A model generated the notes under the pieces. That model worked only from the letters and a program-made list of their open reading frames with translations, was not told where the DNA came from and did no database searches. The position numbers and the translations under genes are program-made. A stretch of 64,000 nt of DNA from Dendrobates tinctorius (lineage: Eukaryota): positions 248,001 through 312,000 of the forward strand of contig NW_027361836.1 in NCBI RefSeq assembly GCF_039654945.1. The letters run 5' to 3'. Position 1 is the stretch's first letter, and the number at the start of each line of letters is the position of its first letter. Shown here piece after piece: positions 24,690 through 36,161 of this stretch.

Positions 24690-25303
24690 GACACTTCCAA
24701 CATCTGTGCGATTTTTGCTTCTGTTTTATTCATGATGCAGCGCACAGTGCATTCTCATTCAGAATTGAGTTATTGAAAGCTCTGAAGTTCCTTTAGAGAC
24801 GCTGGCGTATTTAGTCTCACCAGGACAGAGGTATATTTCTCACAAGTGTCCTTGAAAGACTGGTATGCTGAGTACAATTGTTCTAGGGCTCCCTCTGGTG
24901 GTAATTCATGAACGCCAGGCATATATAAAACAGTCAATTGATTCAGCACCCTTTTGCAATAGGGAAGATACACTGGGAAGTAATTCACATTTGGCAGTTT
25001 CAAGATTGTCTTTGACCTTCCATGTAGGATAAGTGTTAGGTTCTCACTCAGTCTTCAGTGAAAGACCCAATGTCTTTTTCTTGCTGTTGTAAATCAGGCA
25101 GAGAATTAGAGATCCTTCCTGTCTTTGCCATTGTACACAGGAATGCAAAGGTGGGGGCTGTTCTGCTCCTAGCTGCAGAGGAACCTCACATACAATGTTG
25201 CTGTGTCTGCAGACTCTATGAAGCTGCTGTGTCTTCACAATTCGCTTGATAGATGTTCCTTTCTCTGGATTGTAAGCTGTATACTGTTGTTGGTGGCAGG
25301 CCA

Positions 25304-26400
25304 CCAGGGGCGTAACTATAGCGGTCGCAGCGGTCACAGCTGCGATGGGGCCTGGACTGCAGGGGCCCATCCGTCCACCAATAGTGAAGGAGAATGAGGA
25401 TGTCACCCAACCATGCGACCCACAGCAGGGAGCGTCACCGCAGGTCCTCTAGTTACATGGAGGAAGATGAATTGAATGCAGTCACTGGGTCACGTGATCC
25501 AGAGAGAGGCGTGTCCACAGGTCTTTCAGCCACCCCGCTGCTTGAGTGTGTGAGTTCTGAAAGCTGTTGATGCATACTCCTGCTGCTGGCCAAGGGTGAG
25601 GTCTCTCAAATTTGCACGTGTCCTGTGAGTGATGTGTCCTCCTGCTGCTGGCCAAGGGTTCCACAGATCTGCACCTGTCCTGTGAGACCTGTTATTAGGA
25701 GCCGCTCGATGTCGGGGTGAGTAGTGGCGGAAGCTTATGCATCGGAGGTCTCTCTCTCTCGCTCTCTCTCTATATATATTGCACAGGTCTCTCTCTCATG
25801 ATATGGCTCTATAGTGCACAGTGAAATGCACACTGATGTCTCTCCCATGATACGGCTCTATATTGCACAGTGGAGTGCGCAATTGTGTCTCTCATGATAT
25901 GGCTCTATAGTGCACAGTGAAATGCACACTGATGTCTCTCCCATGATACGGCTCTATATTGCACAGTGGAGTGCGCAATTGTGTCTCTCATGATATGGCT
26001 CTATAGTGCACAGTGAAGTGCACACTGATGATACATTATACGGCTCTATAGTGCACACTGATGATACATGATGAGGCTCTATAGTGCACAGTGAAGTGTA
26101 CACTGATGATACATGATGAGGCTGTACAGTGCACAGTGATGATGCATAATGAGGCTGTATAGTGCATAGTGAAGTGCACAGTGGTGATACATGATGAGGC
26201 TGTATAGTGCACAGTGAAGTGCACAGTGATACATAATGAGGCTGTATAGTGCACAGTGATACATAATGAGGCTGTATAGTGCACAGTGAAGTGCACAGTG
26301 ATGATACATGATTAGGCTGTGTAGTGCACAGTGATGATACATGATGAGGCTCTATAGTGCATTTAATTTGAATAGGGGAAATGTGCAGTAGCTGTCCATG
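25304..26400. mobile_element. Non-autonomous hAT-like element (right end not found)
   Basis: Starts CAGGGGCGTAACTATAGCGGTCGCA and carries an internal tandem array. Confidence 0.55.
25795..26360. repeat. Tandem repeat (ATGAGGCTSTATAGTGCACAGTGA core)
   Basis: Seen directly. Confidence 0.9.
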
Positions 26401-26835
26401 TCCACTAAATAGTAGATAGAGCAGCTATGTAAGGCAGCAGTTCCAGCTGGCACCAAGAGCAGCTGACTGGCAGGGGTGCTAGGTGTCGCACCCCCACTGA
26501 TCAGACATTGCTGACCTATTCTAAGGTTAGCCAGTGTTAGTGATTTACCTGCCTCCGTATTTTTTCTGCAAACGGATGCACATGCATGGAACTGCATCCT
26601 GATCAGGATTTGGTTGGAAATGTGAAATTCTGAGTTCTGGGGCAGAGGAGAGAGAGGAGAGGAGAGGGGAGAGAGACCAGTGAAAGCGAAAAGAAAAAGA
26701 AATGGGGCTCCGCGCAGTATGAAATCCGCATGCAGATTGGATGCAGGCATCCTGATTCGGGTGCGCCTACATTGACAATCGTATGTTTTTTTATTGGAGC
26801 AAAACTATAGTGTGCAAAATGAATTCGTGATAAAA

Positions 26836-28446
26836 TATTTTGGCTCTTCAAGGCAGTACGAGTCTCTAAATCCTTAACCATCAATCCCTTAGAAAACTGT
26901 ATGATTGTTGTACTCACATGCGATACGTCCTCAGATAGTTCCAACTTGGCCACACTGACTTGTAATAAGAGTCCAGGAGAAACAGAGTTGATTTTCTCTG
27001 AAATCTTTTATTTAACCCCTTTCCGACATCGGGCGTAATAGTACGCCGATGTCAGACTCCCTCCCTTTGATGTGGGCTCTGGCAGTCAGCCCACATCTTT
27101 CCCGGGACATGTCAGCTGTTTTGAACAGCTGACAAGTGCCCGCAATAGCCGAGGGTGGAATCGGGATCCACCCGCGGCTATTAACTAATTAAATGCCGCT
27201 GTCAAACGCTGACACTTTTGTCAATCATGCCGGAAATACGCACACTGGTGACTTGTGTCACATGATCGTGGGTCACCAGTGTGTCGGCATGACAACCTGA
27301 GGTCTCCTGGAGATCTCTATGGTTGTCAGTGCTGGATTGCTGTGAGCACCACCCAGTGGTTGGCGCTCATAGCAAGTCATCAATTCTACTACATAAAGGC
27401 AATCTGATCATCGCCTCTATGTAGCAGAGCTTATCGGGCTATGGCAGTTTCTAATCTCTTATGATGACTATTGGAGCATGCCAAAAGTAAAAAAAGAATG
27501 TGTCTAAAAATATAAAAAAATATAAAAGTTCAAATCACCCCCCTTTTGACCCATTCAAAATAAAACAATAAAAATAAAATCAAACATACACATATTCATA
27601 TCGATGCATTCAGAATCACCTGATCTATCAATAAAAAAGGATTAAATTGATTGCTGAACTGCATAGTGAGAAAAAAAGTCAAAACACAAGAATTACTTTT
27701 TTTGGTCACCGCAACATTGCAATAACGGGCGATCAAAAGATTGTATCTGCACCAAAATGGCATCATTAAAAACGGCAGCCCAGAGCGCAAAAAATAAGCC
27801 CTCACCCAACCTGAGATCACGAAAAATGGAGATGTTATGGGTATCGAAAAATGACGCGATTTTTTTTCACCACTTAGATAAAAAAGAACCTAGACATGTT
27901 TGGTGTCTATGACCTGAAGACTCATAATGGCAGGTCAGTTTTAGCATTTAGTAAACCTAGCAAAAAAGCCAAACAAAAACCAAGTGTTCTATTGCATATT
28001 TTGCAATTTAATTGCAATTTTTTTCCTGTTTTATGGAACACGACATGGTAAAACCAATGGTATCATTCAAAATTACAACTTTTCCCACCAAAAATAAGCC
28101 CTCACATGGCCATCTTGACAGAAAAACAAAAAAGTTATAGCTCTGAGAAGGAGGGGAGTGAAAAACGAAAATGCAAAACCGAAAAAAGCTCCGGTCATGA
28201 AGGGGTTAAGCACAATGCAGCAGGTGGAAAGAGTAATCCCAAAAAGAGAAGTACACATGTACATCCAAAATGTCTACAGCAAACTGATAATGAGGACGAA
28301 GGGAGGAGCAAAGGCTAAACCTCATCAACTACAGAAAGGAAGAAGGGACAAACTTCAAAGGGCAGAGCTTCTCCCTAGCAACAGCAAAATGAAATGTATA
28401 ACATAGAAAATACATAACTAGTTGTTCCCATTCATGGGACACAGCA
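26836..28446 (-). repeat. BEL 5' LTR, split by a piggyBac-type insertion
   Basis: Homologous to 16147-16563 once 27016-28209 is removed. Confidence 0.8.
27016..28205. mobile_element. Non-autonomous piggyBac-type element
   Basis: TTAA TSD at 27012-27015 and 28206-28209; CCCCTT...AAGGGG termini; the sister LTR shows the empty site TATTTAAGCACAATG at ~16320. Confidence 0.9.
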
Positions 28447-29556
28447 GAGTCTAAGCCAGCATTTACAGCTTTGAGTTTCAATTAAGACGAGGTGGGTGAG
28501 GGACCAGTGTAAGCCTGCTGTGCTGGGAGCCCTGATACATCATGCAACATCATAAATGTGATTTTTGATCAGCCACACTCAGGTTGCACAAATATCAGGT
28601 TGGTGTAGCAAAATTGTTTTAAAAAGTTAAGGATAGCAACACAGCTATTTGACTGAAAGTAATTGCAGGGATCCCTAACCCTACTGCTATAGGCAACACA
28701 CATGAAGGAGACGCAACTTGGAGTGCAAACATTTCCCAAAATTATGTCATCAATTTCCCAGCGTAGAAATATTATAATTGCGCAGTTTTTATGAATACTT
28801 CAGTTACTTTATGGTCTACTCAACTCCCTTTTTTTGGCAGCCGCACAGCGGTATTATTATTTATTGTTATAACAGCATTTACGTGAAAAGGGTATACCTA
28901 ATAAAAACAAGTATAATAATAAAACAATACAAGTCACCAACTGCTACTGGAGGAGAAATATTCTGCCTTCAGGCACGCTGACAATATGTGCAATCCAGCA
29001 TACAGTATAAACCACAGCTCTGTCTTCCAAAATAAGCAGACTGTTCTCTGTAGTCTAACTTGTTTATTTGTGAAGAGTATAGAACATACGCGGTAAAGCT
29101 ACAAGGAATACAAATAACATGCATGCGTATTGGCAGATGATCACAGATAACACAATCACAGAAGAGTACATTGAGATGCAAACATTACATAGGAATACAT
29201 TAGTTTATGATTACATTTACTGAGAACTGGCAACTAAAGGGTTAATGACATCTCTTGGCTGCTAGACAGTAAATAACACCTCTCTGAGTCACTGCATTGC
29301 AAGAAAACATTGACTCTTACCAGATACGCTTTAGCCGGGTAGTGACTCAAGTAGAGAAGTTGAAAGGAAAAACAAAGGTTACACAGGAGGACAAAATAAC
29401 ATGTGCATCCTATGAGATCCACAGAAGCAAAATGGCCCTTCTTCATCCCAGAATACATTGCTTCCTTTCCACAAAGCACTGCTTTAATTCCATAGTGCAT
29501 TGCTTCTGTTAAAGTCACAGGCTTTATAATGCTATTGAAGACACTGCTATAAATTC

Positions 29557-29577
29557 AGCCACCACTAGATGGTGCTA
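29557..29577 (+). promoter_or_regulatory. Candidate CTCF-binding motif
   Basis: CCACTAGATGGTGC is a close match to the CTCF core CCASYAGRKGGCRS and lies in sequence that is not obviously repetitive; motif match only. Confidence 0.35.
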
Positions 29578-29634
29578 TAATTAACCCAGAAGTAATAAAA
29601 CATTCTTTGCCCTATTAAGAGGGCAGAAGAAGAA

Positions 29635-29800
29635 ATGACTCTGTCCATGAGGGATTACAATCTACAAAGGATGAGTGAAGATACAATAGGTGAGGGTAGA
29701 GGTGGTGGCGCAGCAGTATGGTGGAGCAATGGTTAGTGTAGGTTGTAGGCTTCACTGAGGAGATTTCTTCAGGTTCCTTTCAAAGGTTTCCATGATAGGC
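29635..29800 (-). mobile_element. Old L2 3' fragment
   Basis: TTACAATCTA 3'-UTR motif, followed by sequence whose reverse complement resembles the end of L2 ORF2. Confidence 0.5.
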
Positions 29801-30494
29801 AAGACTATACAGTGAAAGGAATAATTTTTTGATCCCTTGCTGATCCTGTACATTTTCCCACTGACAAAGACATGAACAGGCACTGCTATACACCCTGAAA
29901 GAGACGTAGAGGAGGGCCTCAGAAAACATTTTTCCCATTTGGAAGGAATGGCACTCCTAGACTGGTAAAGCCTATGCATTAAATGCAAAGGCTGAAAAAC
30001 ATTTACCCCTGGGGGTATACATGCATATATACACTAAGGGAAATAAGTATTTGATCCCTTGCTGATTTTGTAAGTTTGCCCACTGGCAAGACATGAACAG
30101 GCTATAATTTTAAGAGTAAGTTAATTTTAACATTGAGAGATAGAATATCAAAAATAAAATCCAGAAAATCACATTGAATAGATTATATAAATTTATTTGC
30201 ATTTTGCAGTTAGAAATAAGTATTTCACCCCCTACCAACCATTAAGAGTTCTGGCTCCTACAGACCAGTTAGACGCTCCTAATCAACTCATTACCTGCAT
30301 TAGAGACAGCTGTCTTACATACAGGGCCAGCTCCAGGTTTTTGAGGGCCCCAGGTGAAAGAGTATCAGTGCCCCCCCCCTTTAACACATACCACGATTCA
30401 TGATGCATAGATACAGCAGAGAAATATAGGTATAGTACAATGCCAATATGCCAATTGTATAGTACAATATAGTACAAAGTATATAGGTATAGTT

Positions 30495-30810
30495 CTAGGA
30501 TGGAGAACATTATACCGGGATGGAGCCCAGGATGGGGATGGAACATAATACAAGGAAGGAGCCCAGGATGGGGAGAATTACACTAGGAAGGAGCCCAGGA
30601 TGAGGAGCATTATACAAGAAAGGAGCCCTAGGATGGCAGCATTATACAAGAAAGGAGCCCAGGATGGGAGCATTATACAAGAAAGGAGCCCAGGATGGGA
30701 GCATTATACAAGAAAGGAGCCCAGGATGGGAGCATTATACAAGAAAGGAGCCCAGGATGGGAGCATTATACAAGAAAGGAGCCCAGGATGGGAGCATTAT
30801 ATAAGAAAGG
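30495..30810. repeat. 31-bp minisatellite GGAGCCCAGGATGGGAGCATTATACAAGAAA (resumes at 36769-36960)
   Basis: Tandem array seen directly, split by the solo LTR insertion. Confidence 0.92.
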
Positions 30811-31509
30811 TGTTATAATAATTGTAATAAAGTCCTTTCTTTTGTGTGCGTGTGTGTATATGTGTATATATATATCTATATACATATGTGTATGTGTGAG
30901 TATATATATGCAATATATACACATGATTGCATAAGCCATTTATTTTGCTTAGACTTTGAAACTCTTTTTAGCTTAGGTATTGTGAACATATGGGTGTTAC
31001 CTTTGGGTGTTACTTTTTGTGAACGTTAGCTGGTTTTCCTTGTCTTGCGTGACTACTCTGGTAGCGCAGATAAGAATAGCTAACAGCTAAGCAAATTGTA
31101 TGTGCCATTTCTGCAAACGCAATATGTTACAACACCCTTTCGGCTTTGCTATTTAAACTCTTAGGCTACTTTCACACATCAGGTTTTCGGCGTCAGGCGC
31201 GATCCGGCGTCGTGCCGGAACGCCGGATCCGGCAAATGTTTCGTAAAACCGGATGTGACGGATCCGGTTTTCTGCCGGATCCGTCTTTTTCTTGACAGAC
31301 AAAACCGGATCCGTCTCATCCGGTTCATCCGTTTTTCTATCCGTTTTTCGACGGATTACGCCGGATCCGGTTTTTAAAATTGACCCTTGTGGCCTTCCGA
31401 ACGGGATTGGCTACTGGAAAACTATATATAGCATGTTCCTTCAGCCCTTCTTTGACAGGTTGTAGAGGAGAAAGTGCAGGTTGGAGAGAAGAGCAAGTTA
31501 CTGGCGAAG

Positions 31510-32892
31510 ATGGATGTTGTCATTGGAAATATTTTGAAGAATTTGGCGGATTTTACAGCGGAGGCGAATCGTTTGAGGGTGATTGTTCTGGAGAAGGAGA
31601 GAGCGAGACAGCAGCGCATCAGGCATCGTAGACGACGTTTGTGGATCCACCCCATCACAGCCAAGAGAATGACGCGTGGGGTCTATTCTACACTATGCAT
31701 GGACCTTCGACGAAACCCGGATAAATTTTTTGGATATGTTAGGATGAAAATGGAGAATTTTGATTACTTGGTGGAGCGCATTGCACACCTCATAAGAAAA
31801 GCGGACACCTATTGCCGCTTCTCTGTTTCACCCGCAGAGCGTCTGATGGTGACTTTAAGGTAAGCCACATTTATTGGATATGCTCGCATCAGAGCACACT
31901 TTTACTGCAATCTTGTTGGTGGTAGTTTGCATCTCCAAGTGTTATAGGTCAGTTTTGGTATGTAATGCTGTGATTTAAAACTAATTTATTGTTTTTTAAT
32001 TCCCCACAGATTTCTTGCAACTGGAGAATCCCTTTCGTCACTGCATTTCCAGTACAGACTCGGGATTTCCACCATATCTGGAATTGTGAAGTACACATGC
32101 CGTGCACTGTGGGACTCCTTAGCTGAAGAGTTTTTACCAGAGCCCACAACAGAGAGGTGGATTGAAATTGCTGACAAATTTCAACAGATATGTCAGTTTC
32201 CAAACTGCTTGGGCGCTGTGGACGGGAAACATATCCGCATTGTAAAGCCAGCTGGATCGGGATCGGAATATTTCAATTACAAGAAATATTTTTCAATTGT
32301 CCTCATGGCCATCGCTGACGCGGAATACAAATTTATTGCGGTTGATATTGGGGCCTATGGCCGCTCCAATGACTCTCAAGTTTTCAAACTGTCTGCCATG
32401 GGGCGTAAACTGTATGGAAACACCTTCCAGTTCCCACCACCTAGACCGCTGCCGCAAACATCTGGTCCACCTATGCCATTTGTCTGTGTAGGGGATGAAG
32501 CCTTCCAGCTGTCAGAACACCTTTTGAAACCGTACTCTAGCAGAGGATTGACAAGACCAAAACGCATTTTTAATTACCGCCTCACAAGAGCAAGAAGAAT
32601 GGTTGAATTTACCTTTGGTATTCTGACAGCCAAATAAAGGGTCCTATTGACTGCGATCAACCTCAAGACAGAAACTGTGGACGAGGTGATCAAAGCGTGC
32701 GTGGTACTCCACAATTTTGTTATCTGCAAGGAACCCATTTCCATTGAGGACACCTCTGAAGAAACCACCTTGCAAGATTACCATGACATTACCACTAGAA
32801 GTTCTGTGACGGTTTCAGTAATGAGGGACAATTTTGCACTATACTTTATGTCACCTCAAGGCAGAGTACACTGGCAGGATGACAGAGTGTGA
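31510..32892 (+). pseudogene. Harbinger (HARBI1-like DDE) transposase, 2 exons, one premature stop
   Basis: Exons 31510-31859 and 32010-32892 with a GT-AG intron; the junction gives VTLR/FLATGES. Catalytic GAVDGKH, VGDEAF and RRMVE are present. In-frame TAA at 32635-32637 where Trp is expected (ILTAK*RVL). Confidence 0.92.
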
Positions 32893-33391
32893 AAGATTTG
32901 TGCCCAACCAAACTTGTGTACCTTCTGTACCAACAGTATATACCTTTGCCAACCAAAGTTGGCTATCTTGTCATGGTCTCTATTTTTAGCTTTAGGCCAC
33001 AGGTGTGTACCTGGTTGTGTTTTATGCAAAGTATTTCACCTTTTAACAAAAGTTGTGTACATTGTTAGGAAATCACCAACAATAAACACAACTTTTTAGG
33101 TGAAATACTTTGCTTCAAACACAACCAGGAACACATCTGTGGCAAAAAGCTAAAATTTACCCACAGTTATATACCTAGTTTTGAATACCATTTCACCTTT
33201 TAAATACCCTGTATTTAACCTTTTTCGCCGCAGAAAGAAATGACAGACAACCAGTGTAAAATAATTTAACTTTTATTGAAAAATGTTTTTTTTAGTAAAC
33301 TTTTTTAAAATTTTAATAAACTTGTTTAATAAAACTTTGAAACTATAAAACTGAAACCATAAAACTGGTCATTTTTATTTAAATACACACA

Positions 33392-36159
33392 TTATAAATC
33401 TGTGTAGTGTGTGGTGGAAATACTGCTGTAGGGGCTGCGGGACACTTCGACACTGGGAGTGTGGAGAGAGGACTGGGATCGTGGTGGGGAAGGAACAGTT
33501 AGAGGTGAAGGTGTGGAAAAAACTACAGAATGGGTGGACATGTGGGAAGCAGAAGAGGTGGTGGGTGGTGGAGTGGAGGGTTGGGCAGGGACTGTAGGAG
33601 CAGATGATGTTGATGGCAAGTTGTATGGGGAAGGAGTTTGGTACGGGGCAGGTTGCTGGAAGTGGGGAGATGTCTGGTACGGGGCAGGTTGCTGGAAGTG
33701 GGGAGATGTCTGGTACGGGGCAGGTTGCTGGAAGTGGGGAGATGTCTGGTACTGGTGAGGTTGCTGGTACTGGGGAGTTTGCAGGTACTGGGGAGGTTGC
33801 TGGTACTGGGGAGGTTGCTGGTACTGGGGAGGTTGCTGGTACTGGGGAGGTTGCTGGTGCTGGGGAGGTTGCTGGTGCTGGGGAGGTGGATGGTGCTGGG
33901 GAGGTGGATGGTGCTGGGGAGGTGGATGGTGCTGGGGAGGTGGATGGTATGTAATAGGAGGGGGAGGATGGAAAGTGGCTGGAGGGGGTGTAGATGTAAT
34001 AGGAGGGGGAGGATGGAAAGTGGCTGGAGGGGGTGTAGATGTAATAGGAGGGGGAGGATGGAAAGTGGCTGGAGGGGGTGCAGGTGGAGGAACTACTGTG
34101 GTGGGAGGAGGAGGTTGGGAGGTAACTTGCTGGAGAGCAGCGTGGCATGAATGCATTACATGCATCTGCTGGGCAGGAGAGAGCGTTTCCATGCGCTCCA
34201 CAACAGACCTGAAAAAGGTGTGGTTTGGCGAAGATCTTGCTTCTGAATGCATGGTTTGCAGAAGTGTCTTCACCTCCAGAATGCTGGAGTTGATCTGCTG
34301 ATAGCCTGCGGAGATTTGCTCTGACAAGACTTTTAGACAGTTCTGGAAAGATGCATTCAGATGCAAGAACTCTGGCGCATAAGTCTTTTCCTGACCCCTC
34401 TGCCGCTGCCGCCCAGTACCCGCAGGTGTACTAGAGGTGGCAGGGGCAGAAGGGTGGGGTAAAGGGAAAGCGATCTCCTCACCAGCAGCTTCATGTAATG
34501 TAGGCGGCCATGATGCTCCTGTGCTGGTGGATGGGACAGATGGGTCGAATGTGTGGTAAGGCTGGGAAGGTGCAGATGTACCGGGGCGGTCGAAGTGTCC
34601 CTCGGTGCCGGTCTCCTCATGGATCGCCTCAGAAGGGTCCAATCGTGCAGGCTCCCGAGTGCTGCTCACCGTGCTGTGGAATAAAGAGAAAAAAAAACAA
34701 TTAAAATACTGACATGGTATGGCCCTGGCTGAAAAAAAAATTTACATCTAACATTTTTTTTCACATGTGGTGTGTAATATTTACCTTCTGGTGACCATTG
34801 TTTCCCGGAGGAACGACAGGGCTTCTGCGTACTTGTACTTGCTCCTGCGTCCTCCAGATCCACTCGGGGCCCGCATCTCTTTATTGAACTCCTTCTTGAA
34901 ACGATCCCTCACAGACCGCCACCGATTCACAATTCTGTTCCCTGAAACGAGAAAGGAGTGGTTAGTATACAACATCAGTGTTTCCCAAACTCCAGTCCTC
35001 ATGGTCCCCAGGGGTCATGTTTTCAGGATTTCCATAGTAAATAGAAATCCTGAACACATGATCCGTGGGGACCACGAGGACTGGAGTTCGGGAAACACTG
35101 GTTTACATCAAGCAACCGGTACTGTATATACTTACGCTCTGTAATCTGGGCCCGAACATCGAGGTCCTCCCAGCGGCCCACAAGGAGCGAACAGATTTCC
35201 TCCCAGAGTCGTCGGGTAACGATAAGGTCAGCGTGGCGGCGGTCAGCCATATTCCAGAGCGGCTCCCTTTCTCGGACGAGATCGATGAGGTGGTCCACAT
35301 CGAGTCCTCCATCCTCACCGTCAGAGTCGGGAGCACGCTGTGAAGGCTGTTAAAGAAAAAGACAAAAATAACATAATTAGCCTCCACATAAGAAATGAAA
35401 TAAAAAGTGCAAAAAAACAAAGCAAAAATATTTATACTTACACGCTGGTGACCGCCGCGTTGCTGTCGCCGACGACCCTGGGAGGCACTGCGAGGACCTC
35501 TTGGCCGAGCACCAGATTGGGAAGACTAGAGAAGAAAACAAAAAATGTTATGTCTTTGGATGTAGGCATTTGTTTGCTGTGTGTGGTCTGCAGAACATTG
35601 TTTTCTATGTGTTGTGTGTAGTGTGATGTTGTGTTTCTGCGTTTGATGCAAAAAACTTACCAATTGTGAGCCCACTCCAGGTGTCTGTCCACCCCTTCCT
35701 TCTTCTTCTGGGAGCTCCTCTTCATCTTGTGAATCCTGTTTTGAAATAAAAGGCAATGAATAGACATATATTACAGAGAAGATGGATTTTGGAAATAAAA
35801 ACTTACCGTCAAACGCTGACGATGCGAGGGAGGGCTCCCAGAAGATGATGTGCTGTCTTCCTGGTGGCCACACTCCATGCCTGTGGGTGGTGTTCCAGCT
35901 GCTGCCATTGCTGCTGCTGCTGCATCTATTGGGCGGCTGTTGAATAAAGAGAAACAAAGGGCCAATGAATATCTTGATATTCAATAGCCCTAGTTTGGAG
36001 GAATGGGAGATTTGATAATTACCGTCTCTCATCTGCTGCTGGCCTCCCCTCCTCAGCATGTTCCATTTGCTGCTCCATTTGGGGTGGTGGTGGTGCTGAT
36101 GGTGCTGCAGTGGTCTCCTGCCTTCTCCTGCTTCGCTTGGTTGCTTTCTTGGGTGGCAT
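33392..36159 (-). CDS. Harbinger Myb/SANT-like (MADF) DNA-binding protein, 7 exons, 691 aa, intact
   Basis: Exons 36159-36023, 35936-35807, 35735-35661, 35525-35442, 35346-35136, 34941-34785 and 34673-33392. All introns are GT-AG with compatible phases; 2076 nt with no internal stop. MADF motif LIDLVREREPLW...LWEEI...RW.SVRDRF. Confidence 0.85.
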
Positions 36160-36161
36160 GT

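Larger units (their letters stand above)
16959..25003 (-). pseudogene. BEL/Pao gag-pol polyprotein remnants
   Basis: Three Cys/His knuckles (22650-22960), protease ILDDQS, RT MADIQQMF and FYMDDGL, RNase H FYTDSRVVLGYI, integrase HHCC and C-terminal WPMGLI; many stops and frameshifts. Confidence 0.9.
16147..28446 (-). mobile_element. BEL/Pao LTR retrotransposon, full-length but decayed, with nested insertions
   Basis: Two homologous LTRs; PPT (GATGGGGAG) next to 16563; gag-PR-RT-RH-IN order; near-perfect 5-bp TSD GGGTC (16142-16146) / GAGTC (28447-28451). Confidence 0.85.

Noticed and set aside
24887-24903. CTCF-like motif CCACCAGAGGGAGC on the minus strand
   Set aside because: Lies in BEL gag-derived sequence; a chance match cannot be excluded.
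30495-30810. Regular 31-bp repeats superficially like a CRISPR array
   Set aside because: Head-to-tail units with no unique spacers, no cas genes, and a eukaryotic context.
31510-32892. Calling this the domesticated host gene HARBI1
   Set aside because: It lies within TIRs and a TSD, next to a Myb-like partner, nested in other TEs; it is a transposon copy.
33375-34301. Alternative-frame and antisense ORFs over the Pro/Gln repeat
   Set aside because: By-products of 3n repeats; only the 33392-34673 frame splices to the MADF exons.
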